This document shows positions 1-11,351 of a stretch of DNA of 64,000 bases, piece by piece; position 1 is the first letter of the stretch, and each line of letters starts with the position of its first letter. A program made the translations under genes and the position numbers. The notes beneath the pieces were generated by a model, which saw only the letters and a program-made list of their open reading frames with translations, was not told the origin of the DNA and did not search any database. Origin of the DNA: an uncultured Acidobacteriota bacterium (lineage in GTDB: Bacteria > Acidobacteriota > Thermoanaerobaculia > Multivoradales > UBA5704); NCBI GenBank assembly GCA_963770895.1, contig CAVYRF010000003.1:1-64000 (forward strand). Direction: 5' to 3'.

Positions 1-702
1 TATTCGCGGTCGCGGGCGCGGATGCTGGCGGCGCTGGCCCAGCCGCTGCTGTTTCTGGTGGCTCTGGGGTTTGGCTTCGGGCCGATCTACCAGCGCGCCG
101 GGCAGGGGAGCTACTTGCAGTTCCTGGCTCCGGGCGTGATCGCGATGCAGGTGCTGTTTTCCGCCGTCTTCAACGGCATCGAATTGATCTGGGACCGCCA
201 GTTCGGCTTCCTCAAGGAGACACTGGTGGCGCCGGTGCCGCGGTTGTGGATCATGGTGGGCCGCACGCTGGGCGGCGCGACGGTGGCGACGATCCAGGGG
301 TGCATCGTGTTCGGGGTGTGCCTGATCGCCGGCTTTCGCGTGCATGGCGGGCTGGTGCCGCTGGCGTTCGTGTTCATGGCGCTGGTGGCGGTGCTGTTTA
401 CCGCTCTGGGGACGGCGGTGGCGTCGGTGCTGACCGACTTTCAGGGTTTCCAGCTGGTGATGAACTTTCTGGTCATGCCGATCTTCTTCCTTTCCGGGGC
501 GCTGTATCCGTTGAAGAACGTGCCGCGGGCGCTGGACCTGATCTCGCGGGTCGATCCGCTTTCGTACGGCGTCGACGGACTGCGCGATTCGCTGATCGGT
601 ATGACCCACTTTGGCGCCGGCGTCGACCTGGTGGTGATGTCGGTGTTGGCGGCGGGCTTCGTCGCCGCCGGGACCTGGGCGTTCGCGCGCATCCAGGTCT
701 GA
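1..702 (+). CDS. ABC-2 type transporter permease (probably 5'-partial)
   Basis: Hydrophobic ORF open from the window start, with '[15 protein letters not shown]' and 'FFLSGALYP...[11 protein letters not shown]' ABC-2 membrane motifs. Confidence 0.9.
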   Translation, partial: YSRSRARMLAALAQPLLFLVALGFGFGPIYQRAGQGSYLQFLAPGVIAMQVLFSAVFNGIELIWDRQFGFLKETLVAPVPRLWIMVGRTLGGATVATIQGCIVFGVCLIAGFRVHGGLVPLAFVFMALVAVLFTALGTAVASVLTDFQGFQLVMNFLVMPIFFLSGALYPLKNVPRALDLISRVDPLSYGVDGLRDSLIGMTHFGAGVDLVVMSVLAAGFVAAGTWAFARIQV

Positions 703-743
703 CGCCGCGCAGGATCACGGGACCAACCAGGGAGAGCGACGCC

Positions 744-3104
744 ATGACCGAGCCCGTCCAGGACAGCTTGCTGGAGCAGATCGACGCCTACTGGCGCGCG
801 GCCAACTACCTGTCCGTCGGCCAGATCTACCTGATGGACAATCCGCTGCTTCGGGAGCCGCTGCGCATCGAGCACGTCAAGCCGCGCCTGCTGGGGCATT
901 GGGGCACGACTCCGGGCCTCAACTTCCTGTATGCGCACCTGAACCGCGCGATCCGCCAGTACGACCTGGACATGATCTTTGTGTGCGGGCCGGGGCACGG
1001 CGGGCCCGCGGTGGTGGCCAACACCTACCTGGAAGGCACGTATGCGGAGCTGTATCCGGCGGTGGCGGAGAACCAGGAGGGCATGCGCCGCCTGTTCAAG
1101 CAGTTCTCCTTCCCCGGCGGCATTCCGAGCCATGCGGCGCCGGAAACGCCCGGCTCGATCCACGAGGGCGGCGAGCTGGGCTACGCGCTGTCGCACGCAT
1201 ACGGGGCGGCTTTCGACAACCCCGGCCTGGTGGTCGCCTGCGTGATCGGCGACGGCGAGGCGGAAACCGGCCCGCTTGCCACCAGCTGGCATTCCAACAA
1301 GTTCCTCAATCCGGCGCACGACGGCGCGGTGCTGCCGATCCTGCACCTGAACGGCTACAAGATCGCCGGGCCGACGGTTCTGGCGCGCATCGACCGCGAC
1401 GAGCTGGAGCAGCTGCTGCGCGGCTACGGCTACCAGCCGTATTGGGTCGAAGGCTCGGACCCGGCGAGCGTCCACCGCGCGCTGGCCGATACGCTCGACA
1501 CGATCCTGGGCGAGATCCGCGAGATCCAGGGCACGGCGCGCGCCGCCCGGTCGCCGCAGCGGCCGCGCTGGCCGATGATCGTGTTCAAGACGCCGAAGGG
1601 GTGGACCGGCCCCAAGGTGGTCGACGGGGTGCAGGTGGAGGGGACGTTTCGCGCCCACCAGGTGCCGCTGGACGGGCTGGCCGAAAACCCCAGCCATCTG
1701 GCCGAGCTGGAAACCTGGATGCGCAGCTATCGCCCCGAGGAGCTGTTCGACGGCGAAGGCCGCTTGCGCGCCGAGCTGCGCGCGCTGGCGCCGCAAGGCG
1801 AGCGCCGGATGGGCGCCAACCCGCACGCCAACGGCGGGCTGCTGCTGCGCGACCTGAGCATGCCGGATTTTGCCGCCTACGCCGTCAACGTGCCGGCGCC
1901 GGGGGCGGTGGTCGGCGAGGCGACGCGGGTCCAGGGCGAGATGATCCGCGACGTGCTGCGGTTGAACGCCGCGGCGCGCAACTTCCGCGTCTTCAGTCCC
2001 GACGAAACCGCGTCCAACCGCTGGAACGCCGTGTTCGAGGTCACCGACCGCGATTCGATGGCCGAGATCGTCCCCGGCGACGAGCACGTCGCGGTGGACG
2101 GCCGGGTGATGGAGATGCTGTCGGAGCACCAGTGCCAGGGGTGGCTGGAGGGCTACCTGCTGACCGGCCGCCACGGCTTCTTCAGCAGCTACGAGGCGTT
2201 CATCCACATCGTCGATTCGATGTTCAACCAGCACGCCAAGTGGCTGAAGACCACGCGCCGGATCGGCTGGCGGCGTCCGATCGCATCGCTCAACTACCTG
2301 CTGAGCTCGCACGTCTGGCGCCAGGACCACAACGGCTTCAGCCACCAGGACCCCGGCTTCATCGATCACGTGATGAACAAGAAGGCCGACGTGATCCGCG
2401 TCTACCTGCCGCCAGACGCGAACTGCCTGCTGTCGGTGACCGACCACTGCCTGCGCTCCCGCCACTACGTCAACGTCATCGTCGCCGGCAAGCAGCCGGC
2501 GCCGCAGTGGCTGGGGATCGACGACGCGCGCCGCCACTGCACCGCGGGCATCGGCATCTGGGAGTGGGCGAGCAGCGACCGCGGCGAGGAGCCCGACGTG
2601 GTGATGGCGGCGGCCGGCGACGTGCCGACGCTGGAAACGCTGGCCGCCATCGACCTGCTGCGCCAGCACCTGCCGGCGCTCAAGGTGCGGATGATCAACG
2701 TCGTCGACCTGATGAAGCTGCAGCCGACGAGCGAGCACCCGCACGGTCTATCCGACAAGGACTTCGACACCCTGTTCACCACCGACAAGCCGGTGATCTT
2801 TGCCTACCACGGCTATCCGTGGCTGATCCACCGCCTGACCTATCGCCGCACCAACCACGACAACTTCCACGTCCGCGGCTACAAGGAGGAGGGCACCACC
2901 ACCACCCCGTTCGACATGGTGGTGCTCAACGACCTGGACCGCTTCCACCTCGCCGGCGACGTGATCGACCGCCTGCCCGGTCAGGCCGTGCGCGGCGCCT
3001 ACCTCAAGCAGTACCTGCGCGACAAGCTGTTCGACCACCGCCGCTACATCGACGAGCACGGCGAGGACCTGCCCGAAATCCGCAACTGGCGCTGGGGCAG
3101 CTGA
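744..3104 (+). CDS. xfp: Phosphoketolase (xylulose-5-P/fructose-6-P)
   Basis: '[15 protein letters not shown]', 'LGHWGTTPG', 'HEGGELGY', TPP motif 'GDGEAETG', '[13 protein letters not shown]'; ATG at 744 after GGGAGAG. Confidence 0.97.
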   Translation: MTEPVQDSLLEQIDAYWRAANYLSVGQIYLMDNPLLREPLRIEHVKPRLLGHWGTTPGLNFLYAHLNRAIRQYDLDMIFVCGPGHGGPAVVANTYLEGTYAELYPAVAENQEGMRRLFKQFSFPGGIPSHAAPETPGSIHEGGELGYALSHAYGAAFDNPGLVVACVIGDGEAETGPLATSWHSNKFLNPAHDGAVLPILHLNGYKIAGPTVLARIDRDELEQLLRGYGYQPYWVEGSDPASVHRALADTLDTILGEIREIQGTARAARSPQRPRWPMIVFKTPKGWTGPKVVDGVQVEGTFRAHQVPLDGLAENPSHLAELETWMRSYRPEELFDGEGRLRAELRALAPQGERRMGANPHANGGLLLRDLSMPDFAAYAVNVPAPGAVVGEATRVQGEMIRDVLRLNAAARNFRVFSPDETASNRWNAVFEVTDRDSMAEIVPGDEHVAVDGRVMEMLSEHQCQGWLEGYLLTGRHGFFSSYEAFIHIVDSMFNQHAKWLKTTRRIGWRRPIASLNYLLSSHVWRQDHNGFSHQDPGFIDHVMNKKADVIRVYLPPDANCLLSVTDHCLRSRHYVNVIVAGKQPAPQWLGIDDARRHCTAGIGIWEWASSDRGEEPDVVMAAAGDVPTLETLAAIDLLRQHLPALKVRMINVVDLMKLQPTSEHPHGLSDKDFDTLFTTDKPVIFAYHGYPWLIHRLTYRRTNHDNFHVRGYKEEGTTTTPFDMVVLNDLDRFHLAGDVIDRLPGQAVRGAYLKQYLRDKLFDHRRYIDEHGEDLPEIRNWRWGS

Positions 3105-3209
3105 GCCCGGCCGGCGCCCGCCGGCCCGCCGTAGAGCGGGCCGGCCTGCCCGGTTCCAGCACCCGCGGCGGCCATTGCGCCAGGTCAGGTGGGGCCGGCT
3201 AACGGCCCG

Positions 3210-3611
3210 TCAGGGCGACTCCACCGGCGGATCGAGCGGCGAGGGCGGCTCGAAGACGAACTCGACTTCGTAGCCGTCGGGGTCGAGGCAGAACAGGTAG
3301 GGCTCCCCCGGCGCGAACTCGCCTTTGCTGCGGATGGTGCCGCCGGCGCGCTCGACGGCTGCCGCCACCACCTCGATGTCTCCCGGCTGGACCAGCCGGA
3401 ACCCGAAGTGCAGGATGCCGCCGCCGCGCCCGGCCCGCTCGGCATCCTCCTCGAAAACCAGGATGTCCCGCCTGCCCGGCGTCTGCAACTGGACGAAGCC
3501 GGGGTGCTGGTAGACCGGCTGCATGCCGGCGACCTCCTGGTAGAAGCGCGTCGACTGCTGGACGTCGCGCACCGCCAGCGCGACGTGGGTCATGCCGTAG
3601 GTCTGGAACAT
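3210..3611 (-). CDS. VOC/glyoxalase family protein
   Basis: 'HVALAVRD...STRFY', 'HFGFRL', 'DPDGYEVE'; the start at MFQTYG is inferred. Confidence 0.85.
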   Translation of the reverse strand: MFQTYGMTHVALAVRDVQQSTRFYQEVAGMQPVYQHPGFVQLQTPGRRDILVFEEDAERAGRGGGILHFGFRLVQPGDIEVVAAAVERAGGTIRSKGEFAPGEPYLFCLDPDGYEVEFVFEPPSPLDPPVESP

Positions 3612-3694
3612 TCCGTCTTCTCCGTCCTCCCCCTCGGGCGTTCCGCCCGGTTTTCGCCTACACCTTAGCAAGCCTGCGTGACAAGCGGAAGGCC

Positions 3695-3732
3695 GCATCA
3701 TTTTTGATGATGCTGCTGGCATTGCGTATGCA
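3695..3732 (+). promoter_or_regulatory. Putative sigma-54 promoter with an adjacent inverted repeat, upstream of the TonB receptor
   Basis: TGGCATTGCGTATGCA at 3717-3732 fits GG-N10-GC; inverted repeat GCATCAT-ttttg-ATGATGC at 3695-3713; lies in an AT-rich intergenic region. Confidence 0.45.
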
Positions 3733-3936
3733 CATCCAGGAATGATGTACACGAATCGGCAAATGAAATGGCCACAGAGAGAGGAAGAAACCGCAATGCG
3801 AACCGAGTCGGCGCCGAATCTACACAAAAAAGCATCTAAATTGTTGGATTCAAAATACTGGAATCCGGCCGTCGCGTTGGATTGCCAGTCCCTGTGGGGC
3901 TCGCGCCCCTCAACAGCCGAAAGGAGGTCCGTTTCC

Positions 3937-6900
3937 ATGAAGAGTCACCCCCTCTGGGGACGGGTCGCGGTCCTCGCCGCAACCCTGGCGTTCGCTCTGT
4001 CTGGCGCCGCCTTTGCCCAGCTGCAGACCGGCAACCTGTACGGCACGGTGCACGACGAAAAGGGCGGCGCCCTGCCGGGCGTGACCGTGACGCTGGATAC
4101 CGGCGCGGCGCAGGAAACGCAGGTCACCAACGCGCAGGGCGAATTCCGCTTCCTCAGCCTGCCGCCTGCGACTATGTCGGTGAAGGCCGAGCTGGAAGGC
4201 TTCTCGCCGGTCGAATATTCGAAGGCGGTCATCACCGTCGGCCACAACACCACGATCGAGATGGTGATGCAGACGGCGATTCCCGACCAGATCACGGTGG
4301 TTGCCGAGAGCCCCATGCTCGACGAGCGCAAGTCGACCAACGGCGCCACGGTGAGCGCCGCCGAGCTCAAGGAGATCCCGACCTCACGCGATCCCTGGTC
4401 GATCATCTCCAGCACGCCGGGCGTGCAGTCCGATCGCGTCAACGTGGGTGGCAACGAGAGCGGCCAGCAGTCGATCTACGTCGGCCCCGGCTCGATGAGC
4501 ACCAACTCGGTGTGGTCGGTGGACGGCGTCGTCATCACCGACATGGCGGCGCTGGGTTCGTCGCCCAGCTACTACGACTTTGACGCCTTCCAGGAAATGC
4601 AGATCACCACCGGCGGCACCGATTCCACCATCGCCACGGGCGGCGTCGTCGTCAACATGGTGACCAAGCGCGGCACCAACCAGTGGCGCGGCAGCGGCCG
4701 CTTCTTCTACACCCCGGGGTCGCTCGAGTCCGGGTCCAGCTTCAACAACGCCAGCCTGCCCGCGGCGCAGCAGGTGGCCAACGGCGGCCCTGGCATCGTC
4801 AGCGGCGACCTGATCAACAAGGTCCAGGACTTCGGCGCCGAGCTGGGCGGCCCGATCATCAAGGACCACCTGTGGATCTGGGGTTCCTACGGCGACCAGA
4901 AGGCCGACATCACCGCCATCGGCGGCGGCACCAACAAGGCCGACATCCCCACCTACAACGGCAAGTTGGACGCCCAGGTGACGGCTGCCAACTCGCTGAC
5001 CCTGTTCGCGCTGCAGAACAACAAGGTGGTCGACGGCCGCGACGCGGGGCCGTCGCGCACCCAGCCCACGACCTGGGACGAAGGGCACTTCGGCTCGTAC
5101 CCGACCGCCGCCAAGGTCGAGGACACGCAGATCTTCGGCCCCAACTTCTACCTGACGGGCATGGTCTCGGACGTCAACGGCGGCTTCCAGCTGGCGCCGG
5201 AGGGCGGCGAGGGTCCGACCCCTTATTTCGATGCCAACGCGGTCTGGCACAACAGCTTCCTGCTGGTCCAGGTGCAGCGGCCGCAGAAGCAGGGCAAGCT
5301 GGACGCCTCCAGCTTCTTCAACGTGGCCGGCACCTCGAACGAGCTCAAGTACGGCGCTTCCTACCGGCGGGTGGGGACGACCTCGCTGTCCACCTGGGGA
5401 CCCGGTCAGGACATCGCCGGCCCCATCGAGCAGCAGCCCTCCGACATCAACGTCTTCCTGGCCAGCCGGGCATCGAAGATCGACGTCACCACCGACTACA
5501 CCAGCGGCTATCTGCAGGACACGATGACTGCCGGCAACCTGACCGCCAATCTGGGCGTCCGTTACGACCTGCAGGGCGGTCACAACAATCCCTCGTTCGA
5601 GCCGGCCAACCCGGACTCGCCGGAGAAGCTGCCGGCCTTCCAATACGGCGGCGGCCCGATCGGCTTCAGCTGGTCCAACGTGACGCCGCGCGTCGGCCTG
5701 ACGTATGCGCTGGGCAACGACCGCAAGACCCTGGTGCGGGCCAGCTATTCCCGCTATGCCGACCAGCTGGGGGTCGCCTTTGCCAACGTCCTCAACCCGA
5801 CGGCCGGCCAGTCCTACTACGCCTTCACCACCCCCGCCTCGCAGGTCGGTCCGGGGCTCCCTTCGCCGCTCACCCCGTTCCAGTCCACCCCGGCGGCCAA
5901 CTACTCCGGTCCGGTCAATCCCGCAACCGGTCTGCCGTTGCAGATCAATTCGGTGTCGCCGAACTTCTCGGCGCCGCTGACCGACGAGTTCCTGGCCAGC
6001 GTCGAGCACGCCATCATGCCTGAGCTGGTGGTGGGCCTCAACCTGACCTTCCGCCACCTCAGCAACCTGGTGCCCAGCGACGTCGGCCCGACCTTGGTGG
6101 CCTCCGGCACTCCGGCAGCGTTCGGCGTCCCGCTGGTGTTCGACGCCTCCACTCCGTTCGACGCGTCGACGCTCAACAGCGTCGGCCGGCCGGCGACGGC
6201 GGCGGACTACGTGGCCAACACGTACACCACCACGGCCAACAACGGCAAGACCTATACGGTCACCTATTACACGCTCAAGCCGGGCGTCTCCACCCGCGGC
6301 GGTGCGCTGCTCGAGAACAGCACCGGCACGTCCAACTACAAGGGCGCCTCGGTGACGCTCAACAAGCGCCTGTCCAACCACTGGATGATGCGCGGCAACT
6401 TCACCTATTCCGACTGGACGACCGGCAATCCGGGCAACCTGCCCGACCCAGCCGACTTCCTGCCGGGCGGCAACGTCGCCGGCGACGCCGTGCTGGTCAA
6501 CAGCGCCGGTTCGGGCCCCAAGGAGTTCGTCTATATCAACAGCAAGTGGACGGGCAACCTGAACGGCATGTACCAGGTGGCGCCGGAGAAGGCGTGGGGC
6601 TTCAACCTCGCCGGCAACCTGACGGCGCGTCAGGGCTATGCGTTCCCCAACTACGTGCAGGTGCCGATCGCCGGCAACAACTACGAACCGGCCCTGACCG
6701 AGGACGTCCTGGTGGGTCGCCCGGACGCCAACCGCCTGCCGGACCTCTTCGACTTCGACGCTCGCATCGAAAAGGAGCTCACCTTCCAGGACTTCGGACT
6801 GACGCTCAGCTTCGACGCCTTCAACCTGTTCAACTCCTCGACCGTGACGCAGCGGGTCGGCACCCTGACCAGCCCGACCTACGACTACGTATACGAAACC

Positions 6901-6948
6901 CTGGCTCCGCGCGTGTATCGCTTCGGAGTCCGCTTCAGCTTCCGTTAG
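3937..6948 (+). CDS. TonB-dependent receptor, Oar-like, with N-terminal carboxypeptidase-regulatory-like domain
   Basis: RBS AAGGAGG; signal peptide; 'GTVHDEKGGALPGVTVT'; plug 'GGVVVNMVTKRGTN'; C-terminal 'PRVYRFGVRFSF'. Confidence 0.92.
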   Translation: MKSHPLWGRVAVLAATLAFALSGAAFAQLQTGNLYGTVHDEKGGALPGVTVTLDTGAAQETQVTNAQGEFRFLSLPPATMSVKAELEGFSPVEYSKAVITVGHNTTIEMVMQTAIPDQITVVAESPMLDERKSTNGATVSAAELKEIPTSRDPWSIISSTPGVQSDRVNVGGNESGQQSIYVGPGSMSTNSVWSVDGVVITDMAALGSSPSYYDFDAFQEMQITTGGTDSTIATGGVVVNMVTKRGTNQWRGSGRFFYTPGSLESGSSFNNASLPAAQQVANGGPGIVSGDLINKVQDFGAELGGPIIKDHLWIWGSYGDQKADITAIGGGTNKADIPTYNGKLDAQVTAANSLTLFALQNNKVVDGRDAGPSRTQPTTWDEGHFGSYPTAAKVEDTQIFGPNFYLTGMVSDVNGGFQLAPEGGEGPTPYFDANAVWHNSFLLVQVQRPQKQGKLDASSFFNVAGTSNELKYGASYRRVGTTSLSTWGPGQDIAGPIEQQPSDINVFLASRASKIDVTTDYTSGYLQDTMTAGNLTANLGVRYDLQGGHNNPSFEPANPDSPEKLPAFQYGGGPIGFSWSNVTPRVGLTYALGNDRKTLVRASYSRYADQLGVAFANVLNPTAGQSYYAFTTPASQVGPGLPSPLTPFQSTPAANYSGPVNPATGLPLQINSVSPNFSAPLTDEFLASVEHAIMPELVVGLNLTFRHLSNLVPSDVGPTLVASGTPAAFGVPLVFDASTPFDASTLNSVGRPATAADYVANTYTTTANNGKTYTVTYYTLKPGVSTRGGALLENSTGTSNYKGASVTLNKRLSNHWMMRGNFTYSDWTTGNPGNLPDPADFLPGGNVAGDAVLVNSAGSGPKEFVYINSKWTGNLNGMYQVAPEKAWGFNLAGNLTARQGYAFPNYVQVPIAGNNYEPALTEDVLVGRPDANRLPDLFDFDARIEKELTFQDFGLTLSFDAFNLFNSSTVTQRVGTLTSPTYDYVYETLAPRVYRFGVRFSFR

Positions 6949-6949
6949 T

Positions 6950-6997
6950 CCGCAGCATCAGCCGCAGCAATAGCCGCAGTAACACCCGCAGTACTCC
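6950..6997 (+). repeat. 4 x 12-bp imperfect tandem repeat (CCGCAGYAnnnn)
   Basis: ccgcagcatcag/ccgcagcaatag/ccgcagtaacac/ccgcagtactcc immediately after the receptor stop codon. Confidence 0.75.
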
Positions 6998-7007
6998 CTC
7001 CTCCATC

Positions 7008-7041
7008 CCGCCGGGGGTAACCCCGGCGGCCTTTTTATTTT
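7008..7041 (+). terminator. Rho-independent terminator
   Basis: Stem CCGCCGGGG-gtaa-CCCCGGCGG followed by ccTTTTTATTTT. Confidence 0.85.
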
Positions 7042-7100
7042 AGGTCGCTGCCGATGCTCTGGATGCCGGCGACGATCTGGACGCCTGCGGTGCGGCGAGA

Positions 7101-8330
7101 TCAGTGAAAAATGAGGTCGAAGCCGTAGACCCCGTACGGGGTCTGGCGATATTGATCGAACACGACAAGAAAACCGTTGGTCGTGGCGACCGCCGCCGGA
7201 CCGTTGTCCTGCTCGCTGACCATGCCGAATTGCGTGGTGGCGATGAGGTTGCTCAGTGGGCTGTACACGGAGGCGCTGATGCCGCAGTCCGTGCCGCCCG
7301 CGGCGCAGGCAAGCGAGCTGACGATCAGATCGCCGTTGGCGTTGACCGCGATGGCGGACTGCACGTCGTTGTACACGGATTGCGCCACCATCAGGTCGGG
7401 GCCTGGCTGCCCGTCGCGGTCGAAGCGCCGCGCCCGCACCTGGCAGGTGAGACCGGTGGTACCCGTGCAGCCGGCGGTGTTCCAGGCGAAGGCGAAGCCG
7501 CCGTCGGGCGTGGCGGTCGCCACGATCGGGTAGCTGGCGAGGAAGGTCGAATCGACCACAACGGAATCGCCCGCCGGCTCCCCCGCGCTGTCAAACTGCT
7601 GCGCCTGGACGGAGGCGCCGGTCTGCGGACCAGGGTGCCAGGCAAGGGCGTAGGTACCGTTGGGCTGCATCGCCACTGCCGGGAACGTGGCCTCCGCATC
7701 GTCTACCGGCTGCTGCTGCGCTTGCAGCCCCGAGCCGCGGGCGAAGCGGCGCACGAAGATGCCGGCTCCGGTTTCGTGCCAGGCCACGACAAAGTTGCCG
7801 GCGTTGTCGGCGCCGATCGACTCCGCATTGACCATGGGGCCGGGAGCGCCGTTGACCACGACGTCGCCGCCCACCCTGGCGCCGTTCGCCGCAAAGCGCT
7901 GGGCATGGATCGCGACGTCCTGGCCGGTGACCGTTTCCCAGGCCACGACGAAGGCGCCCCGCGGGCTCACGGCCACCGTTGCAAACTGCTGATTGCCGGC
8001 GGTCGCGGTGATCTGCACGATAGGGCCCAGCGGGCGGGCCCTGGCGTTGAAGCGGCGCATGTAGACGATGCTCTGGGCTTCCCCGTTGCCGGACCTGATC
8101 CAGGCGACGACGAAGTTGCCGGCGCCGTCGGCGGCGGCGCTCAAGGTGTAGTCCAAGCCGCCGGTAGAGCCAAAGGTGGCGAGCGGGATGGGGGAGGGTG
8201 TGGCCGGTATCAGCACGGCGCGGGCTGCAAGATCTGGATCGGGGGCGGCGCCGCCGGCGGCGCGCGCCGGCGCTGCCAGCGTACCCAGACCAGCCGTCAA
8301 CACTGCGGCAAACAGCAACGTGCGAACCAT
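7101..8330 (-). CDS. Secreted repeat (beta-propeller-like) hypothetical protein
   Basis: RBS AGGAGG; signal peptide ending APARA; about 7 repeats of 'xxxGxFVVAW...RRF'. Confidence 0.75.
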   Translation of the reverse strand: MVRTLLFAAVLTAGLGTLAAPARAAGGAAPDPDLAARAVLIPATPSPIPLATFGSTGGLDYTLSAAADGAGNFVVAWIRSGNGEAQSIVYMRRFNARARPLGPIVQITATAGNQQFATVAVSPRGAFVVAWETVTGQDVAIHAQRFAANGARVGGDVVVNGAPGPMVNAESIGADNAGNFVVAWHETGAGIFVRRFARGSGLQAQQQPVDDAEATFPAVAMQPNGTYALAWHPGPQTGASVQAQQFDSAGEPAGDSVVVDSTFLASYPIVATATPDGGFAFAWNTAGCTGTTGLTCQVRARRFDRDGQPGPDLMVAQSVYNDVQSAIAVNANGDLIVSSLACAAGGTDCGISASVYSPLSNLIATTQFGMVSEQDNGPAAVATTNGFLVVFDQYRQTPYGVYGFDLIFH

Positions 8331-8435
8331 CGTGCCTCCTTCGCGGACAGCCGCGAGCAAGTACGCCACCTGTTGGGAACGCGGTGTCGCGCGGGATCGG
8401 TGTGCCCCCCTGACGGAGACCCGGCCCGGCGCGCG

Positions 8436-9359
8436 TCAGGGAGCGCCGGCGGCGTACAGGACCAGGGAGGCGTACAGGGTGCGGTGAACGGGAGTTGCCA
8501 GCCCGTGGCGTTGGGCGCGGCGCACGATGGCGCCGCTCAGCCAGTCGAGCTCCAGCCGGTTGCCGCGCAGAAGATCCTGCGCCATCGAGGCGAGCGACCC
8601 GGCAGCCATGGAATCGACGAACGCCATGCGCTGCTCCAGGAAATCGTCGCCCAGGTGGACGCCCTCGCTGTGCGCCAGCTCCATGCCTTCGCGCATGGCG
8701 GCTACCAGCAGGTCGCGGGTGGCCGGGTTGTCGCGCACCTTGCCGATCGGTTGGCGGGTCACCGCCGTCGTCGCGCTGTGAGCGGCCAGGAAGATGAATT
8801 TCTCCCAGGTCGCGCGGCGGATGTCGGCGGTTGCCTCAACATCGATGCCGGCAGTGCGCATCGCCGCGTCGATGGTGTGTACGCGCGGTGAGAGCGACCC
8901 GTCCAGCTCGCCGATCACGATGCGCTGCGTGCGGCCGGTCTGGGTGATGACGCCGGGGCTGGACACCACGACGCCGATGTAGGTCAGGCCGCCCAGCACG
9001 GCCTGGCGGCCGACGCACGCCGCCAGCAGGTCGTCCTTGTCGATGCCGTTTTGCAGCGACAGGACGGTGGTCGCCGGGCCGACGATGGGCGCCACGGCGC
9101 GAGCGGCGGTTTCGAGGTCCCACAGCTTGACCGCGATGATGACCAGGTCGACCGGCCCGCCGGCTTCGCCCGGCTGGGCGATCACGGTGGCGGGTTTGAC
9201 CAGCATCGCGCCCAGCTCGCTCTGCACCCGCAGCCCGTCGCGGCGGATCGCCTCGGCGTGGGCGCCGCGCGCGACGAAGGCCACGTCGTTGCCAGAGAGC
9301 GCCAGCCGCGCGCCGTAGTAGCCGCCGACGCCGCCGGTGCCCATCATGACGATCTTCAT
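8436..9359 (-). CDS. panE: 2-dehydropantoate (ketopantoate) 2-reductase
   Basis: 'MGTGGVGGYYG' Rossmann motif, 'AVK', 'SLQNG', 'WEKF', 'SMAQDL...RLE'. Confidence 0.92.
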   Translation of the reverse strand: MKIVMMGTGGVGGYYGARLALSGNDVAFVARGAHAEAIRRDGLRVQSELGAMLVKPATVIAQPGEAGGPVDLVIIAVKLWDLETAARAVAPIVGPATTVLSLQNGIDKDDLLAACVGRQAVLGGLTYIGVVVSSPGVITQTGRTQRIVIGELDGSLSPRVHTIDAAMRTAGIDVEATADIRRATWEKFIFLAAHSATTAVTRQPIGKVRDNPATRDLLVAAMREGMELAHSEGVHLGDDFLEQRMAFVDSMAAGSLASMAQDLLRGNRLELDWLSGAIVRRAQRHGLATPVHRTLYASLVLYAAGAP

Positions 9360-9464
9360 CGCATGTTTCCTCGTTGCCCGGCCCGTCCGTTCGGTGTCGA
9401 CGGACGGGCCGGGCTGTAGGGAGGGGGGACCGCGATCCCTTCAGGGTCCGCGGTCGGTGGCCGC

Positions 9465-11159
9465 CTAGTGACAGCCGGGGCCGTTTGAAATGGAGGTCAG
9501 CCGGCGATTGGCGGTGGTGAGCGTGCGGCTGTAGCAGTAGCCGTCGCTGTCCGAGGCGGTGTAGGTCTGCGAGCTGTGGGCGCCCTGGTAGCCGCTGATC
9601 GTGCCGGCGGCGCTGATCAGCAGCGTGTCCTTGGACTGCACGGTGTCGGACACCGTGCCGCTGCTGGCATCGCCGGAGGGCGATTCGGTCGCCAGGTATG
9701 CCTGGTTGACGAAGGTGGTCTGTGCTGCCGAGCCGTCGCTGTTGATGGCGACGGCGATGTTCAAGGTCAGCGGGTAGGAGGCTTCGAGGGTCGCCTTGGT
9801 GGTGGTGCGTCCGCGGGCGGTTTCGCTGGTCGTGGACGAGATGTCGGTGTGCTGCGCGATGTTCTGCACGAAGGCCGAGGAGGTGATGTCGAAGCGCTGG
9901 GTGTTGACGAACACGATCTTCTGCGAGATCGAGGTGGCGACCCGGCCGTGCGACGTCACGACATAGCCCGCGATGGTGAACTGGCGGGTGGCCGCGGTGG
10001 TGACCGAGCCGGTGACCGCGCCGCCGGCGCTCACCAGGTTGGGCTTGATCGTCGGCCGCGGGTTGGCGGTGAGGGTATCGAGGGTGACCGCGCCGGTCAC
10101 CTGCGACGCGCCGTGATCCAGGTACAGGAGGAGATTTCCGGCGACCAGGAAGTAGTCGTCGGCGTTGAACACGCTCACCCCCACGGCATGCGGCTGGCCG
10201 TCGCTGAGCACGCCCGCGAACGGCGTCAGGTCGACGCGGTAGGGGACGAAGTTGAGCGTCTGCACGCCGGGGATCGGCCGCCACAGCAGGGGATCGATGC
10301 CGCCGCTGAAGATCCAGGGGTAGACCGGCGCCACGCCGGCGGGCTTGCCGTCGACCGTCACCTCCGCTTCGCGGAACGCGGTGCCGCCGCAGCTGCCGAG
10401 CTCCGACGCCAGGTTGTTCGGCACGCAGGTGTACCAGAACTCGTCGTCATGCTGGCTCTGGGTGATTAGGTCCAGGTAGGCGTTTTCGATGTTGGTGGGG
10501 AGCGTCAGGCTGGGCGCCAGGACGCTGGTGCCGTCGTTCAGGGTTGCCGCGCCGCCGGCATCGGTCGACAGCGGCAGCACCATGTCGGCGGTCAGCGGCG
10601 CGTCCTGTGCGTGCGCGACCGGGTAGAACTGCAGCGTGGCCGTGCCGTAGAGGATGCTGGTGTAGGTCGAGTTGACCAGGTTGCCCAGGTTGGCGTCGCC
10701 CGACTGCTCGGTCAGGAACAGCGAGCTGTAATCGGTCAGGTCGCGCTCCACGTGCCACGACGGGCCGAAGTTGCTGGAGGGTTCCGCGGTCGTGCCGTAG
10801 TAGATGTTGACGTGGCCGACGGCAATCTGCGCCGTGCGGTCGAACTGGTTGCCGGGGGTGATCGAGAAGTCGCCTTCGAAGACCACCTTGGCCCAGGGGG
10901 CGGGGCAGCCCGCGGGAGGAGTGTAGGTGAAGGTCTTGGGGTTGAAGTCGGCGAACGCCTGGTTGGCGAACAGCGTCACCGTGCACGGCTTGGTGTTCGG
11001 CCGCGGCACCGGCGCGTCCGCGGTCGCCACGTTGGGCGATCCGATCGTGGGCGTCGTCGAGCCCGTCACCTGGCGGGCAAATCCGGGCAAGCTGACCGCA
11101 AGCCCCAGGACCAACACAACGAGAGTCTGCCAGCCGAAACGCGCCGAGGATCGCTGCAT
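9465..11159 (-). CDS. Secreted peptide-N4-asparagine amidase (PNGase A family)
   Basis: Signal peptide; 'NQFDR', 'TTAEP', 'DEFWY', 'FRE...DG...GVAPVYPWIFSGGIDPLLWRPI', 'DLTPF' motifs of the PNGase A family. Confidence 0.85.
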   Translation of the reverse strand: MQRSSARFGWQTLVVLVLGLAVSLPGFARQVTGSTTPTIGSPNVATADAPVPRPNTKPCTVTLFANQAFADFNPKTFTYTPPAGCPAPWAKVVFEGDFSITPGNQFDRTAQIAVGHVNIYYGTTAEPSSNFGPSWHVERDLTDYSSLFLTEQSGDANLGNLVNSTYTSILYGTATLQFYPVAHAQDAPLTADMVLPLSTDAGGAATLNDGTSVLAPSLTLPTNIENAYLDLITQSQHDDEFWYTCVPNNLASELGSCGGTAFREAEVTVDGKPAGVAPVYPWIFSGGIDPLLWRPIPGVQTLNFVPYRVDLTPFAGVLSDGQPHAVGVSVFNADDYFLVAGNLLLYLDHGASQVTGAVTLDTLTANPRPTIKPNLVSAGGAVTGSVTTAATRQFTIAGYVVTSHGRVATSISQKIVFVNTQRFDITSSAFVQNIAQHTDISSTTSETARGRTTTKATLEASYPLTLNIAVAINSDGSAAQTTFVNQAYLATESPSGDASSGTVSDTVQSKDTLLISAAGTISGYQGAHSSQTYTASDSDGYCYSRTLTTANRRLTSISNGPGCH

Positions 11160-11351
11160 ACGCTGCTCCTTTCGGGAGTGATCCCAGCCGGGGTCACATT
11201 GGTTGCGCCCATGCTATCTCCAACACCGGGGGCGAAGATAGGCAGCCCCACCTGGGTAGGGCAGCGGTCGGGTACGGCGATGGCAGGGTCGGGTAGGGCG
11301 GCGGATGGACAGGCTGGGGTCGGGTAGGGCGGCGGTGGGAGGGGTGCGATG

